Below, piece by piece: positions 19,830 to 29,926 of a DNA stretch of 64,000 nt. Numbering within the stretch: the stretch's first letter is position 1; each line of letters starts with the position of its first letter. This DNA comes from Parcubacteria group bacterium (GTDB lineage Bacteria > Patescibacteriota > Minisyncoccia > Phycocordibacterales > Phycocordibacteraceae): contig JAQBRG010000003.1 of assembly GCA_028286615.1 (NCBI GenBank), forward strand, positions 83,330-147,329, read 5' to 3'. Under the pieces are notes generated by a model. That model saw only the letters and a list, made by a program, of their open reading frames with translations, was not told the origin of the DNA and ran no database searches. The translations under genes and the position numbers were made by a program.

Positions 19830-20351
19830 CTACTGAATACCTACGAGTTCAACGTCAAATATAAGCGTTGCGTTGGCGGGAATACCAGCTTCAGGATATC
19901 CATTAGGTCCGTATGCGAGATCGCCAGGGACGATGAGTTGGCGTTTGCCTCCTACTTTCATACCTACGATTCCTGCATCCCATCCCTTAATTACGCGTCC
20001 AACACCAATGGGGAAACTTGCAGCTCCTCCGTGTTTAGCTGACGCATCGAAGACCGTTCCGTCAGGAAGCATGCCTACGTAATTTACGGATACAGTGTCA
20101 CCTGCTTTAACTTCTGCACCAGTACCAACAACTTCATCAGTTATGGTTAGTTCAGTTGGTAGTGGCTGAGAAGGATCGTATTGCATAGCGGTTGAAGTTG
20201 CGTTAGTGCTTGAAGCGGTTATGTCCACCACTCCTGACTCTGCAGGAGTTGGCGAACTAAACGGTGTAAATACTGCTGGCCCAAAGAATAGAAATGCGAC
20301 TGCTATGACTAATGCGATAGCGACTGCGATTCCGGTACCCGTGACATTCAT
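19830..20351 (-). CDS. FKBP-type peptidyl-prolyl cis-trans isomerase with an N-terminal TM anchor
   Basis: C-terminal FKBP fold ...GWDAGIVGMKVGGKRQLIVPGDLAYGPNG...LIFDVELVGIQ. Confidence 0.8.
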   Translation of the reverse strand: MNVTGTGIAVAIALVIAVAFLFFGPAVFTPFSSPTPAESGVVDITASSTNATSTAMQYDPSQPLPTELTITDEVVGTGAEVKAGDTVSVNYVGMLPDGTVFDASAKHGGAASFPIGVGRVIKGWDAGIVGMKVGGKRQLIVPGDLAYGPNGYPEAGIPANATLIFDVELVGIQ

Positions 20352-20399
20352 AGTTCTTGTGGTTAATGCGAACTGTTCGCTAGTATAGCATCCGACTTC

Positions 20400-22622
20400 C
20401 TACTTGACTTGCTTAGTAAACAAATCTACTTTTGGTCTTCCGCTAAAGGTACTAATCTCCCTCAGCTTGGTATCAGGATTGTATACCTGCCCCTCTGTAA
20501 CGTAATACGAGACTCCATTTTCCTCCATCGTATTCTCAGATAGCGTATATACACCTATACCTGGGTTATCGAAGGAGTAGGTTTGTGCAAACAGGCTTCG
20601 CTCCTTATAAGTACCTCCATGCACAAACAAGTTGCCCTTGGTATCGCTATATACATGCGGCTCGTTAGGATTTACTTCAATTCCCTGCGCGTTACGAACT
20701 GTCTCTGAGCTTGCTTCAGGCTGCGCTTTTTCTTCAGTTACCGTGGCAGAGACAGCAGCTGGAGCAGCCTCTGGCTTGGCTTCTGTTACTTTTGCTTTCT
20801 GCTCAAGAGGAGGCTTATTTTTTATAAAGGCTTCATATGCTTTGGATTTGTACCCGACATCTCTTACCATCTTCTCTTGAGTCTGGTTGTACTGTTCACG
20901 TTCAAAACCTGGAGGTATTTCCTTAGTTGAGTGCCATATGTTGAAGGAGTTTGCAGGGTCTGGTGTTACATCCATCTTCGCTGACATCTTGTATTTCTTT
21001 GGTGCAGTTTTAACTTCTTTCTTTGCGGCTTCCTTGTTAACAACAACCTTTGGAGGAGCTTCTGCACTACTCTTTGCTACAGGAGCTTTAATGCCCGCAC
21101 TCGCAGCTGATTTAGCTGCTGCGGGCTTTGTTGTTTGCTTCTGTATTTCTTTCGTGTGGTCGTTTCCGGGGTGTGACAAACCAAAGAAAGCAGCCAAGCC
21201 AGCTATGCCTGCTGCGCCCAGACCAATGAGGCCAGCTTTTTTCTTGGAGTTCTTTTTCGCTTCTGAGGGCGGTTTCGTTCCTTTAGCATTCTGCTTTTCT
21301 AAGAACTTCTCATACTGCTTTAGCGACATGCCGTGAGACGCTGCGAGGAGGTGAGGATTAGTATCTCCACTTACTGGAGCTGGTGTACGGCCGGCTTTGG
21401 CGTCTCTTTTTGCCATAGCTTTTTCATATGCCTTAACATTTTTATATCCCATAGCAGCTGCCATAAGGTATGGATTGTGTGGCATTGGCTTCTCCTCTAG
21501 AACTGGCTCAGGTTCGACACCTGCAGCTGGTGTTTCTGTCTCAGCGAGTGCTTCTGGGGTACTTGCTGGAGCAGGTGCGGCGTCAATCTTTGTAAAGCCA
21601 CCCTCATTCACAGATCTGTAATCTACAGGCGAAGAGTTCAAAGGACTTACGCCTGGGAACTGTTGCGGGTAGTTGGGATCTTGCTGCACTGGAGAAGAAA
21701 GGCTGGCCTGTTGAAGCAATTCTGCAAGCTTTTTCTTGGCTTCATCTCTGCTATCAAACATCTTTGGCTGCGGGAGTTGCTCTCCAAGTGCTTTGTCCAT
21801 GGCCTGTTGGTACGCTTCGAACTGTCCAGGCAAGAATTCAGGGACTGTAAGAGATTCAGCTACAGGCTCAGCGTCTACAGCGAGTACTTCAGGTTCCGCT
21901 GGCTCAACTTCAACAGGCTGGTTCTCTGTGACAACTTCAGCAGGTGCTTCTGCCTTTTTTGCTTCTGCAACTTTTTGTGCTGCTTCTAAAACCTCAGGGA
22001 TTATCTTCTGATCAAACTCGTCAGAAAGAGCATCGTATTCGTCATTTATTTTTTCTATGATTCGTTTACTTGGCTCTTTTTCCATTTGAGTTACAAGGGA
22101 TGTGATCCTTTTATAGGCATCGTATGCTTTTCCCCACTCTACTGGCACATCATGTACTTGAATTCCCATCGCACGCACGTCCTCGCCTAGCCACATAAAT
22201 CTATCCTTGGCTATTTTACGAGCTCTATCATATTCGTTTTCTTCCGCTGCTTCAGCGTTCTTAGAATCTTGTGGTTGCTCAGCAGATTCTATCTTTCCTT
22301 CAGCTGCTGCAGATATTACCTGCACATCCTGAGATGCTTTATCTTCTTCGACTTTAGCAGCAGGTCCCCCCTCTACCTTATCAACAGCAAAGTCTTCATA
22401 CGCAGATTCGTATTTTTTCTGTAGCTCTGCTTTCTTTTTAGAATCTGTAGAGCCTTCATAGGCGTTTAGAGCATCAATTGCAGCATAGTATTTAGCTGCC
22501 GGCACACCTGCTTTCGTACGCTTTACATTCAAGCTAGCAAGAATGCCTCTCTCTTTATCAACATCCAGTGTCTTTTTTATTCCTGAATCAATCGGTGGGT
22601 TTGGAGGGCTATTAAGTGACAT
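20400..22622 (-). CDS. Large low-complexity (A/E/K/P-rich) membrane-anchored protein of 740 aa, with one central TM helix and a globular C-terminal domain
   Basis: Compositional bias, TM LIGLGAAGIAGLAAFFGL. Sits immediately downstream of the VirB4-like ATPase gene. Confidence 0.55.
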   Translation of the reverse strand: MSLNSPPNPPIDSGIKKTLDVDKERGILASLNVKRTKAGVPAAKYYAAIDALNAYEGSTDSKKKAELQKKYESAYEDFAVDKVEGGPAAKVEEDKASQDVQVISAAAEGKIESAEQPQDSKNAEAAEENEYDRARKIAKDRFMWLGEDVRAMGIQVHDVPVEWGKAYDAYKRITSLVTQMEKEPSKRIIEKINDEYDALSDEFDQKIIPEVLEAAQKVAEAKKAEAPAEVVTENQPVEVEPAEPEVLAVDAEPVAESLTVPEFLPGQFEAYQQAMDKALGEQLPQPKMFDSRDEAKKKLAELLQQASLSSPVQQDPNYPQQFPGVSPLNSSPVDYRSVNEGGFTKIDAAPAPASTPEALAETETPAAGVEPEPVLEEKPMPHNPYLMAAAMGYKNVKAYEKAMAKRDAKAGRTPAPVSGDTNPHLLAASHGMSLKQYEKFLEKQNAKGTKPPSEAKKNSKKKAGLIGLGAAGIAGLAAFFGLSHPGNDHTKEIQKQTTKPAAAKSAASAGIKAPVAKSSAEAPPKVVVNKEAAKKEVKTAPKKYKMSAKMDVTPDPANSFNIWHSTKEIPPGFEREQYNQTQEKMVRDVGYKSKAYEAFIKNKPPLEQKAKVTEAKPEAAPAAVSATVTEEKAQPEASSETVRNAQGIEVNPNEPHVYSDTKGNLFVHGGTYKERSLFAQTYSFDNPGIGVYTLSENTMEENGVSYYVTEGQVYNPDTKLREISTFSGRPKVDLFTKQVK

Positions 22623-22632
22623 AGATAAATAG

Positions 22633-25386
22633 TTAAGAAAGGTATCGAGCTCTAATGGTTGCTTCTATAGTGGAACGGTCTCGCCCGTAGGTCAAGTAGG
22701 AAAGCTGCCTAAGATCGTCTACCTGCGCCAAGTTCCCTTCGCTAAGTGGGAGTGTTTGCATATTGAACGGCTTCTGCGGTATGCCATGAGCAAGAAGACG
22801 GATATATGCGTTTCTGTTTTCAAGGTTTGTAAAGTCCGAAGAGGTAAATGCAGGTGCAAAAAGTTTCTCAAAGAATTCTCCGTCTTCCTGTCCAACGCGG
22901 AACGCTGCCATTGATCCAACGTTTCCGAACACCGCATCACGTATCTTCTGGTCAACCTGCGCCAGGAACTGGTGCGCAAGGGTTAGAGAGAGTTTGTACT
23001 TGCGAGCTTCTGAAAGAATACCTGGGATAGAGTCCGTAGTTATGTTCTGGAACTCGTCTATGTAGAGGTAGAACGGTGGGAAGTCTCCACGTGGATTGTC
23101 TGCACGAGATAGTGCAGCCATAAACAACTTTCCAACAAGAATAAGACCGAGCAGGTTGGCGTTTCGTTCTCCCAGTCTTCCCTTTGAAAGATTAACGAGA
23201 AGAATCTTCTTGTTGTCTATAACTTCACGGAACTTAAAGGAAGATTCCTGCTGGCCAATAATAGGACGCATGAAGTCGTTTGCCGTGAACTCGTCGAACT
23301 TGTTCGTGATATACGGCACAATGTTCTGAAGCGATGCCTCGCCTTCAGCTTTTGTAGCAATTTCCTGCCAGAACTGGTTAACGATTGGGTTGTTGCTCTT
23401 AGAAAGTTTGAGATTTCTAAACTCTGCGTTTGAAAGTACGCGTCCAATATCCATGAGTGTAGACCCTGATGCCGGATCTTCCATAACCAGCTGTGTTGCG
23501 TTACGGAAGTACTGTTCGAAGGCAGGTCCCATACTCTCGGGCACATCTCCATACAACTGCCTGAATATCATAAGCATCTCGTTCACAATGAAAGATTTCT
23601 GCTCGGGCTTAGACGGATCGTACTCAAGCATGTTGAGACCGAACGGACGGTCTAGGTATGCTGGATCAAAGTAGATAACGTCTTCGTATCGCTCCGGAGG
23701 AACGCTCGCTAGCACGTCGAGAATATCGTTGCCGTGCGGATCTATGAAGCAGACACCGTTTCCGGCTTTAATATCCTGTTCAATCATAGTCTTAAGGAAT
23801 CCAGTCTTTCCGGCTCCCGTCTGTCCAATAACATAGAGATGGCGAAGACGGTCCTCAGGTGCGAGGAATACGTCTGTAAGTGTTCCGCGGAAGTTGTTCG
23901 TACCCAGCTTCATACCTTCCTTCGGCATTTCCATAGGAGCGGCAGCTGCTGCCGTACGCGATTGTTTCAAGTGTGGCGAAGACTCAATACCCTTTGGAGG
24001 GAAGTGGTACATCGTGGTGAGTTCGCGAAGAGAAAGCGGAAGGAGAGACCCTTGTGAGAAGAGACGGAAAGAGAAGTTGCGGAAGAAGCGCTTGATATCT
24101 CCTCGCTTAGGTTCGACGAAAGCGAGTCTGTTGCCTGTTGTATTTTCAAACTGGTTAAAGGAAGATGCCAGTTCTTCAATTATTTGATGTGCACGCGAAG
24201 GATCTTGTGAGGACACGGCAAGACGAATATTTGCGGCAACAATCGGAGCAGCAATCTTCTTCTCAAGCATTTCAATACCCTTCTCATCTATTGGGCCTTT
24301 ATTCTCAGGCTTCTTAGAGTTGTTAGCGAAGATATTAAACGCTTCACGAGCCAAGTCTCCTACGAATGTTTCAGGGAGCGAGAAAGCTTCAGAACGAGTC
24401 TTTCCTTCGCGAAGTGCATGCAGCACTTTTCTATAATGTTCTACGTAATGGTTGCCAACAGGCTTGAAGATTATCTGAAGCGCAGCTCCCTCGCCCTCCG
24501 GAGCAATCTTCGCAAATGCATTTAAAAGAGAGTTGAGAGGATCGTAGTCAAAGTCTTGGTAGTCCTTAAGCGGCAACATGCCTACATCCTTAAACTTTCC
24601 AACAACTCCCACAGACGTACCTCCGTCCATGAAGATGTTGTAGTCGTTTGGTTGAGCGGTTATGTGTGCTCCCGGGAATATAGCGAGCAATTGCTTTTCA
24701 AAAAGGTCTTTGCGGGAGTTAGGGACCGCTGCGTAGAACATAAGGTGTGGATGGTCTACCGGTACCGCAAGCTCAAGCGTGAAGTATGGCGGCTCGCTTT
24801 TATGTGCTTCTCCAACTGAAAGCATGCCTGAGTAGAACTGTTCCATTGCGGACACCAGTTCCTTCAATGTCTTTTCTCTTCCTTCCTGAGTACTTGCAAC
24901 TTCAGGTAGCGCAATCTCGTAGAGGGTCATGTGCAGCGCCTTCCATTCAGGCTGTCCCTCCTTAATGCCTTGAATTGGCATTCCCTTTAAAACGTACTGC
25001 ACGAGGAAGCGATGGAAGTCGTCTTCAAGGTGCGGATTAGCTAGCTTTTCAAGTACCGCAAACGCATTTGCTACACCCTTCGTCTCCATAATGTTGCGAA
25101 GTTCTTCTATAGTTTCGTCGTCTGCCTTTGGATCAAGGTTTAGGGCAAGCTCATGCGCGGCTTCTGCAGGCATGCGGTATCCAGGAGCAAAATGTTCTTC
25201 TGCCGCATTCTCGCGATGATGCGTTATGCGTTCGTGCGCAACTTCAGCGCGCGGCATAACCGTGTTGAGCGCAGCAAGCTCTGCTTCTTTCGCAGCTACT
25301 TGCTCACGCAGATATGCAATCTCATCTTCAGGCGATGCGATCGGCCGTGTGGGTCCCTCCATTATGTAGAAGTATACGTTATTCAA
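22633..25386 (-). CDS. VirB4/TrbE-like (DUF87 / AAA_10-type) type IV secretion ATPase of 917 aa
   Basis: C-terminal-half P-loop HLYVIGQTGAGKTGFL...CFIDPHGND; Walker B FYLYIDEFQNI; KYKLSLTLAHQFLAQV resembles the VirB4/VirD4 family. A VirD4-like coupling protein cannot be excluded. Confidence 0.55.
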   Translation of the reverse strand: MNNVYFYIMEGPTRPIASPEDEIAYLREQVAAKEAELAALNTVMPRAEVAHERITHHRENAAEEHFAPGYRMPAEAAHELALNLDPKADDETIEELRNIMETKGVANAFAVLEKLANPHLEDDFHRFLVQYVLKGMPIQGIKEGQPEWKALHMTLYEIALPEVASTQEGREKTLKELVSAMEQFYSGMLSVGEAHKSEPPYFTLELAVPVDHPHLMFYAAVPNSRKDLFEKQLLAIFPGAHITAQPNDYNIFMDGGTSVGVVGKFKDVGMLPLKDYQDFDYDPLNSLLNAFAKIAPEGEGAALQIIFKPVGNHYVEHYRKVLHALREGKTRSEAFSLPETFVGDLAREAFNIFANNSKKPENKGPIDEKGIEMLEKKIAAPIVAANIRLAVSSQDPSRAHQIIEELASSFNQFENTTGNRLAFVEPKRGDIKRFFRNFSFRLFSQGSLLPLSLRELTTMYHFPPKGIESSPHLKQSRTAAAAAPMEMPKEGMKLGTNNFRGTLTDVFLAPEDRLRHLYVIGQTGAGKTGFLKTMIEQDIKAGNGVCFIDPHGNDILDVLASVPPERYEDVIYFDPAYLDRPFGLNMLEYDPSKPEQKSFIVNEMLMIFRQLYGDVPESMGPAFEQYFRNATQLVMEDPASGSTLMDIGRVLSNAEFRNLKLSKSNNPIVNQFWQEIATKAEGEASLQNIVPYITNKFDEFTANDFMRPIIGQQESSFKFREVIDNKKILLVNLSKGRLGERNANLLGLILVGKLFMAALSRADNPRGDFPPFYLYIDEFQNITTDSIPGILSEARKYKLSLTLAHQFLAQVDQKIRDAVFGNVGSMAAFRVGQEDGEFFEKLFAPAFTSSDFTNLENRNAYIRLLAHGIPQKPFNMQTLPLSEGNLAQVDDLRQLSYLTYGRDRSTIEATIRARYLS

Positions 25387-25479
25387 GCTTGCATATAGAG
25401 AGTTTTCAATGAATAACTTGCGCTTGAGAGCATACGCGCTAGTCTAACTCTAGACACATAACACAGGGAGAGACGTGCT

Positions 25480-25854
25480 ATGGAAATAACCGGTATTTTG
25501 TTGCTGACTATCGCCCTGCTCGTGATACTCGGCTGGCGCGGGTTTCGAATCTTTGGAGACGTGCTGCGTATCATGCTTGCACTTGTTGCGTGGCTGGTAT
25601 TCCTAGCAACATTTCTATGGATTCCAAAGGATCCATTCCATCCGTCGCTAAACGGCAGTTCTTTTGCAATGGAATGTCTTCCCGGCTTCGGCGCGATGCT
25701 TTACGATCACAACATCACGTGGCGTCGCGAAGTTTCGCTTGAAAGAGCTAGAGCCCGAAAAGAAGGGCGGCAACCTCAAACACTTCGGTTCTCATGGAGA
25801 CCGTTCTTTCGGCAACTTTTTACGCACCCTGCACTCCGAAGCAATCTGGACTAA
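25480..25854 (+). CDS. Hypothetical small membrane protein
   Basis: Two predicted TM helices in the N-terminal half. Weak. Confidence 0.3.
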   Translation: MEITGILLLTIALLVILGWRGFRIFGDVLRIMLALVAWLVFLATFLWIPKDPFHPSLNGSSFAMECLPGFGAMLYDHNITWRREVSLERARARKEGRQPQTLRFSWRPFFRQLFTHPALRSNLD

Positions 25855-25906
25855 CAAGACGGGCGCTGGCTTATAACCAGCGCCCGTTTAGACATTTCCC
25901 TACTAC

Positions 25907-26242
25907 TTATGTTTTCTTACCAATTGAACCAAACAATGCGTTGATAAGAGAAACAACAATTGAGAAGAAGAATGCTGCCCAGAATCCACTAACAACGAAG
26001 CCGGGCACAATCATGCCAGCAAGGAGAATAAGGAGTGCATTAACAACAAGTGAGAAGAGTCCAAGCGTAACAATGTTAATTGGAAGCGTTAGAAGTCCAA
26101 TAACAGGCTTGAAGAATACGTTTATGATACCGAGCACCACAGCAAGTACAATTGCTCCAACGAGCGTTACGTCAACTCCTGGAATAAGGTAGGCCGCTAG
26201 AAGAATCGCTATAGCGGAAATGAGCCAATGAAGAAGTGTCAT
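25907..26242 (-). CDS. Four-TM membrane protein of the phage-holin-4 / DUF360 type
   Basis: 111-aa, 4-TM hydrophobic protein with Gly-zipper-like helices. Confidence 0.45.
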   Translation of the reverse strand: MTLLHWLISAIAILLAAYLIPGVDVTLVGAIVLAVVLGIINVFFKPVIGLLTLPINIVTLGLFSLVVNALLILLAGMIVPGFVVSGFWAAFFFSIVVSLINALFGSIGKKT

Positions 26243-26260
26243 GAGGATTAGGTAAGAATA

Positions 26261-26944
26261 TTAGGGACGCGCAAAACGGAAACTTTGTACGATGGTATCA
26301 AGCTTGGCGTATTCTGCCTGTAGCTTCTCATCAGGAACATCCTTTACGCTATCTGGATCGTCCATATAGTTAGACCCGGTCTGAATCTTTTCAACTGCAA
26401 CACAAGCGCCTTCGTGTACAGCACGATAACTAACGCCACGAGAATATTGCATCATGGCTGCTTCTTGGAAACTAAATGCTTTGAACACAGTACCGTTAAG
26501 CGTTACATCCGGAAGCGCAGTCTCTCCACGATCTGGAGTTACCTTCTCACAAGATGCAACTTCCCCAGGATCCTTGCTTGCTCCAATACGAACCATTGCT
26601 ACGAAATAGCGTGGGTATGAATCCTCACTTGCTGTCTGGTATCCGATAACAGCCGCAATAGGGGTACCGGTAGCATCGATAGAAACTGGGTTGGCACGCC
26701 AGGTTGGCGGAAGATGGTAGAAGGCTGTAAATGTGTTTTCAACCTTGGCTCCTTGTGGGTACACGAGAGAGAACCCGTACTCGCCATTCGTATAGATGTT
26801 GCTTTGCTCAGTAGGCATTGGAATGGCCGCTGAAGGTATATCAGCTTCCCTGTCTGCCTGAGGAGTTCTAAGGAACCAGAAGCCCCACACAAGGCCAGCT
26901 AGCACCAGCACGACGACAATCCAGACTTGGTACTGTTGTTTCAT
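26261..26944 (-). CDS. Hypothetical secreted or anchored protein (N-terminal TM)
   Basis: ORF with a signal-anchor. Confidence 0.45.
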   Translation of the reverse strand: MKQQYQVWIVVVLVLAGLVWGFWFLRTPQADREADIPSAAIPMPTEQSNIYTNGEYGFSLVYPQGAKVENTFTAFYHLPPTWRANPVSIDATGTPIAAVIGYQTASEDSYPRYFVAMVRIGASKDPGEVASCEKVTPDRGETALPDVTLNGTVFKAFSFQEAAMMQYSRGVSYRAVHEGACVAVEKIQTGSNYMDDPDSVKDVPDEKLQAEYAKLDTIVQSFRFARP

Positions 26945-26981
26945 ATGTATGTAAGTATACGGTATTCAGAAAATGCTGCAG

Positions 26982-27407
26982 TTACAGAAGTGCGAGCTTT
27001 GACACCTCTACGGTATCGTCCTTAATTGTCCCTTCCACATGCACCGGCGTGTCAGCTCTAACCGGATTAGCTTCGTCTGGAGTTGCGCAAGGCAAGTTGC
27101 TTTGCTGGCATTCGGCCTGATCCAGGAATACTAATCTCTTTGTCTTAACCGAAGGCTTTCCTCCAGCATCATAGGTTGTGTAGAGAATGTACGGTACACC
27201 CGGACTTCCATTGGTCTCATCCAGAATAATAGTTCCATTCTCTGAGAAGTTACCCATATCCGCATTAGCTACACTTGCTGAGAGTGTCGAAGGAGTTGAA
27301 GATACGTCAGCAGTAATAAGCGCGGGCATGCCTGCGCCATACATGTATATGGACAGGCCAATGGCTGCCACAACCGCAAGTAAACCTCCTAACAGAATAG
27401 GCATCAT
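26982..27407 (-). CDS. Hypothetical secreted or anchored protein
   Basis: ORF with an N-terminal TM. Confidence 0.45.
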   Translation of the reverse strand: MMPILLGGLLAVVAAIGLSIYMYGAGMPALITADVSSTPSTLSASVANADMGNFSENGTIILDETNGSPGVPYILYTTYDAGGKPSVKTKRLVFLDQAECQQSNLPCATPDEANPVRADTPVHVEGTIKDDTVEVSKLALL

Positions 27408-27427
27408 ACAACCTTACAATATGGCAG

Positions 27428-29008
27428 TTAAAGCCTAGATGAAGCTTCTTTCAGCCTCTTTAGCACGAAGTCTCGAGGAAGCACCGACAAGAACCAGCCA
27501 ACTTGTGGACCTGAAGTTCGCGCAAGGAAGATATGGTAGAGCGCAGTAAAAAGTTCTTTTGCAGGAATCGGGACTGTTGTTTTTAATTCGTGCAGCTTGG
27601 TATGTATTTCAACTCCCGTACGCGGTTCTGCTTCTATGTATTCTGTAAGAGCAACGAGAGCTGCCTTTTGGGTATCCGAAAGTGTGCCTTCAGGAAGAGT
27701 TTCTTGGAGATTGAAACGGAACTGCTCTGTGGCATAGGTTGAAAGCCAGAACTTTGCATACTCAGCGCGCTCAGTCAGAGCTACTTTTTCTGTATCGGTA
27801 AGAGAGCTTCCTTTTACACGCTCGGCTTCTTCCTCAAGCGAGAGATGTGGCATCTGCACCACAAAAGCAACCTGTCCGAAGCGCAACTGCCAAGGTGCGG
27901 CAGCTTCCGCTTGGTTCGCAGGCAGCTGAGTCAACATGTAGAGACGGGTAAAGTCGTCAGCAACACCCTGTCGCACGAGTTCAGCGAGCTCGTCATACCA
28001 ATCAAACCAACGCGGAATACTATCTCCCTCAGGATCTACATCAATCTGCTGGTTGATGTCTTTGCCAATAAGCGCAAGACGCAGCACTTCTGATGGAAAC
28101 AGTTCAGCAATTTCTCGTGCTGAAGAACCTCGTCCTTTAGACGAAGACATTTTCTTTCCTCCAACCAGGAAGAACTCATAGGGAATATCGTATGGAGGCG
28201 TTATATCAAAAACTTCGCGTGCAATATGGTTTGCTACGTCTCGAGACCCACCTTTAGTTGAGTGGTCTTTGCCTCCTCCTTCAATATCAACGCCGAGCAC
28301 AGCCCACTTAACTGCCCAATCTGCTTTCCAAAACAGTTTCGCGGCTCCTTTAAATGGAGCAACGCGTCCTTTATGTCCGCAGGGAACGCATCCGTCCGGA
28401 CTCTTCTCGCAGCTGTATGCAACAGTCTCACCATCAAAATCACTTGCGTTTGTGGTCATCATCTTTCCGCACTCCTCACACACAACAGATATTGGAAGCC
28501 ATCCCTCAGGCTTGTCTGAGCCGGATGTTTCTTTCAAGATACGTCGAATATCTGAAGCACGCTCAAGAGCGATGCGGATATACGAATCCATCTTTCCTGC
28601 GCAATACAGATCTTTGTATGCGTGGTAATAGATTGGAGTGAATCCAGACTTCTTATGCACTTCTATAAATTCTGCAGCAAAGTACTCAGCAAAGTTTTCA
28701 AAGCCTTCTACAGGAGAAGGGACCGCGTACAATGGTTTTCCAAGATAGGGCGTGAAGCGCTCCTGGTCTAAATAACTTTGCACCGTATCAAAAGGATCAA
28801 AGTCATTTAACTCGTACTGGTACTCGTTTGGAATACCGTATTCAGAAAGCACTTCGCTAACGAGACCATGTATAGCAACACCACGCATTGACCCGATATG
28901 GATGCGGCCAGAAAGCGTCTTTTCATCACGAATGAGAAGCGGCTTTCCACCCGCTTTTGGAGCGCGTGTATCTTGAATTTCTTTAGCGATTCGGTCTACC
29001 CAGAACAT
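27428..29008 (-). CDS. lysK: Lysine--tRNA ligase, class I
   Basis: HIGH-type motif RIHIGSMRGV; KMSKS-type GKKMSSSKGRG; 526 aa. Confidence 0.85.
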   Translation of the reverse strand: MFWVDRIAKEIQDTRAPKAGGKPLLIRDEKTLSGRIHIGSMRGVAIHGLVSEVLSEYGIPNEYQYELNDFDPFDTVQSYLDQERFTPYLGKPLYAVPSPVEGFENFAEYFAAEFIEVHKKSGFTPIYYHAYKDLYCAGKMDSYIRIALERASDIRRILKETSGSDKPEGWLPISVVCEECGKMMTTNASDFDGETVAYSCEKSPDGCVPCGHKGRVAPFKGAAKLFWKADWAVKWAVLGVDIEGGGKDHSTKGGSRDVANHIAREVFDITPPYDIPYEFFLVGGKKMSSSKGRGSSAREIAELFPSEVLRLALIGKDINQQIDVDPEGDSIPRWFDWYDELAELVRQGVADDFTRLYMLTQLPANQAEAAAPWQLRFGQVAFVVQMPHLSLEEEAERVKGSSLTDTEKVALTERAEYAKFWLSTYATEQFRFNLQETLPEGTLSDTQKAALVALTEYIEAEPRTGVEIHTKLHELKTTVPIPAKELFTALYHIFLARTSGPQVGWFLSVLPRDFVLKRLKEASSRL

Positions 29009-29029
29009 GCCGGAATCCTACCACGAACT

Positions 29030-29926
29030 TTAGAATCCGTTGGCCTTGAAACTCCACCAAGACTGCTTAGGAGTTGCTGTGCTTTCGGTACTGGTTGCAG
29101 ATGCCTCAACTTCCATAGTTGAAGAAGCGGTACTCGTTGCTACAGGAGTATCGATACCAATGACACCTGTCTGAATCAGGACTTTTGCATCAGCTTGGTC
29201 GTGACCTAGAGATTCGCGAAGTGTTGCAACAGCAGCACTCGTAACGTCAGGCACAACCCCAGCCTCAACACGATCAAGTGCGGCGGAAGCAAGTGTTGCT
29301 TTCTCTTCCACCTGCTTTGTAAGGTCGTCAGTTGCTGTGTTGGCTTCGTCAGACTGTACAACAGCTAATGCATGTAGATCCTCTGCACGAGCTAGCAGGT
29401 GCTGCTCTAGTTCGGCGCGCACAGCAATAGAAGCACCGTCTCCTCCTGTTTCCTCTGCTTTGTTTGCTTCAGTGACAGAGGCGTCAACATGCTCAGAGAA
29501 TTGTGCTGCAAGGTATGTCGCCTTTTCTTCGTCTAGCTTCCCTTCCTCGGCTAGGGCAAGTGCTTCTTCTATGCGGCGGTCTGCGCGCTTGGCGAGTGCG
29601 TGGGCACGCTCCTCGGGAGTATTAGCAAGGGCGAGTGTAAAAGGCTCGTTAACGCCAACCTTAAGAGAGTAGAGTGCGTCTCCAGGCACGGCTTTTTCTG
29701 CAGCAAAAGTTGCGCTGCTTCCTACGAGCAACACCACCAGTAATGTAGAGACTCCCGCACGGAACTGCCAGGAAGAGAAGATTGGTATAAAAGTACTTAC
29801 AGGCTTCGCAAACATAGGGTGCATGTCTGCATACGCCGCAAGTTTGCTTCGTATAGATTCACGTGTGGAAACAGAGAGACGAATCTCCTGAAGATGTGCG
29901 AACGTTTTTTGTATAAGGTGGTTCAT
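29030..29926 (-). CDS. Membrane protein with an extracytoplasmic coiled-coil domain (DUF5667-like); putative anti-sigma factor
   Basis: Overlaps the sigma-factor stop by 4 nt; single TM; helical A/E-rich ectodomain. Confidence 0.45.
   Translation of the reverse strand: MNHLIQKTFAHLQEIRLSVSTRESIRSKLAAYADMHPMFAKPVSTFIPIFSSWQFRAGVSTLLVVLLVGSSATFAAEKAVPGDALYSLKVGVNEPFTLALANTPEERAHALAKRADRRIEEALALAEEGKLDEEKATYLAAQFSEHVDASVTEANKAEETGGDGASIAVRAELEQHLLARAEDLHALAVVQSDEANTATDDLTKQVEEKATLASAALDRVEAGVVPDVTSAAVATLRESLGHDQADAKVLIQTGVIGIDTPVATSTASSTMEVEASATSTESTATPKQSWWSFKANGF

Noticed and set aside
19074-19864. Three overlapping ORFs on the minus strand and the alternate plus frame (243, 144 and 171 aa) across the lipoprotein gene
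   Set aside because: These are open-frame artefacts of the 63%-GC segment. They are Arg/Pro/Trp-rich, whereas the plus-strand lipoprotein frame has a Shine-Dalgarno site, a signal peptide and a lipobox.
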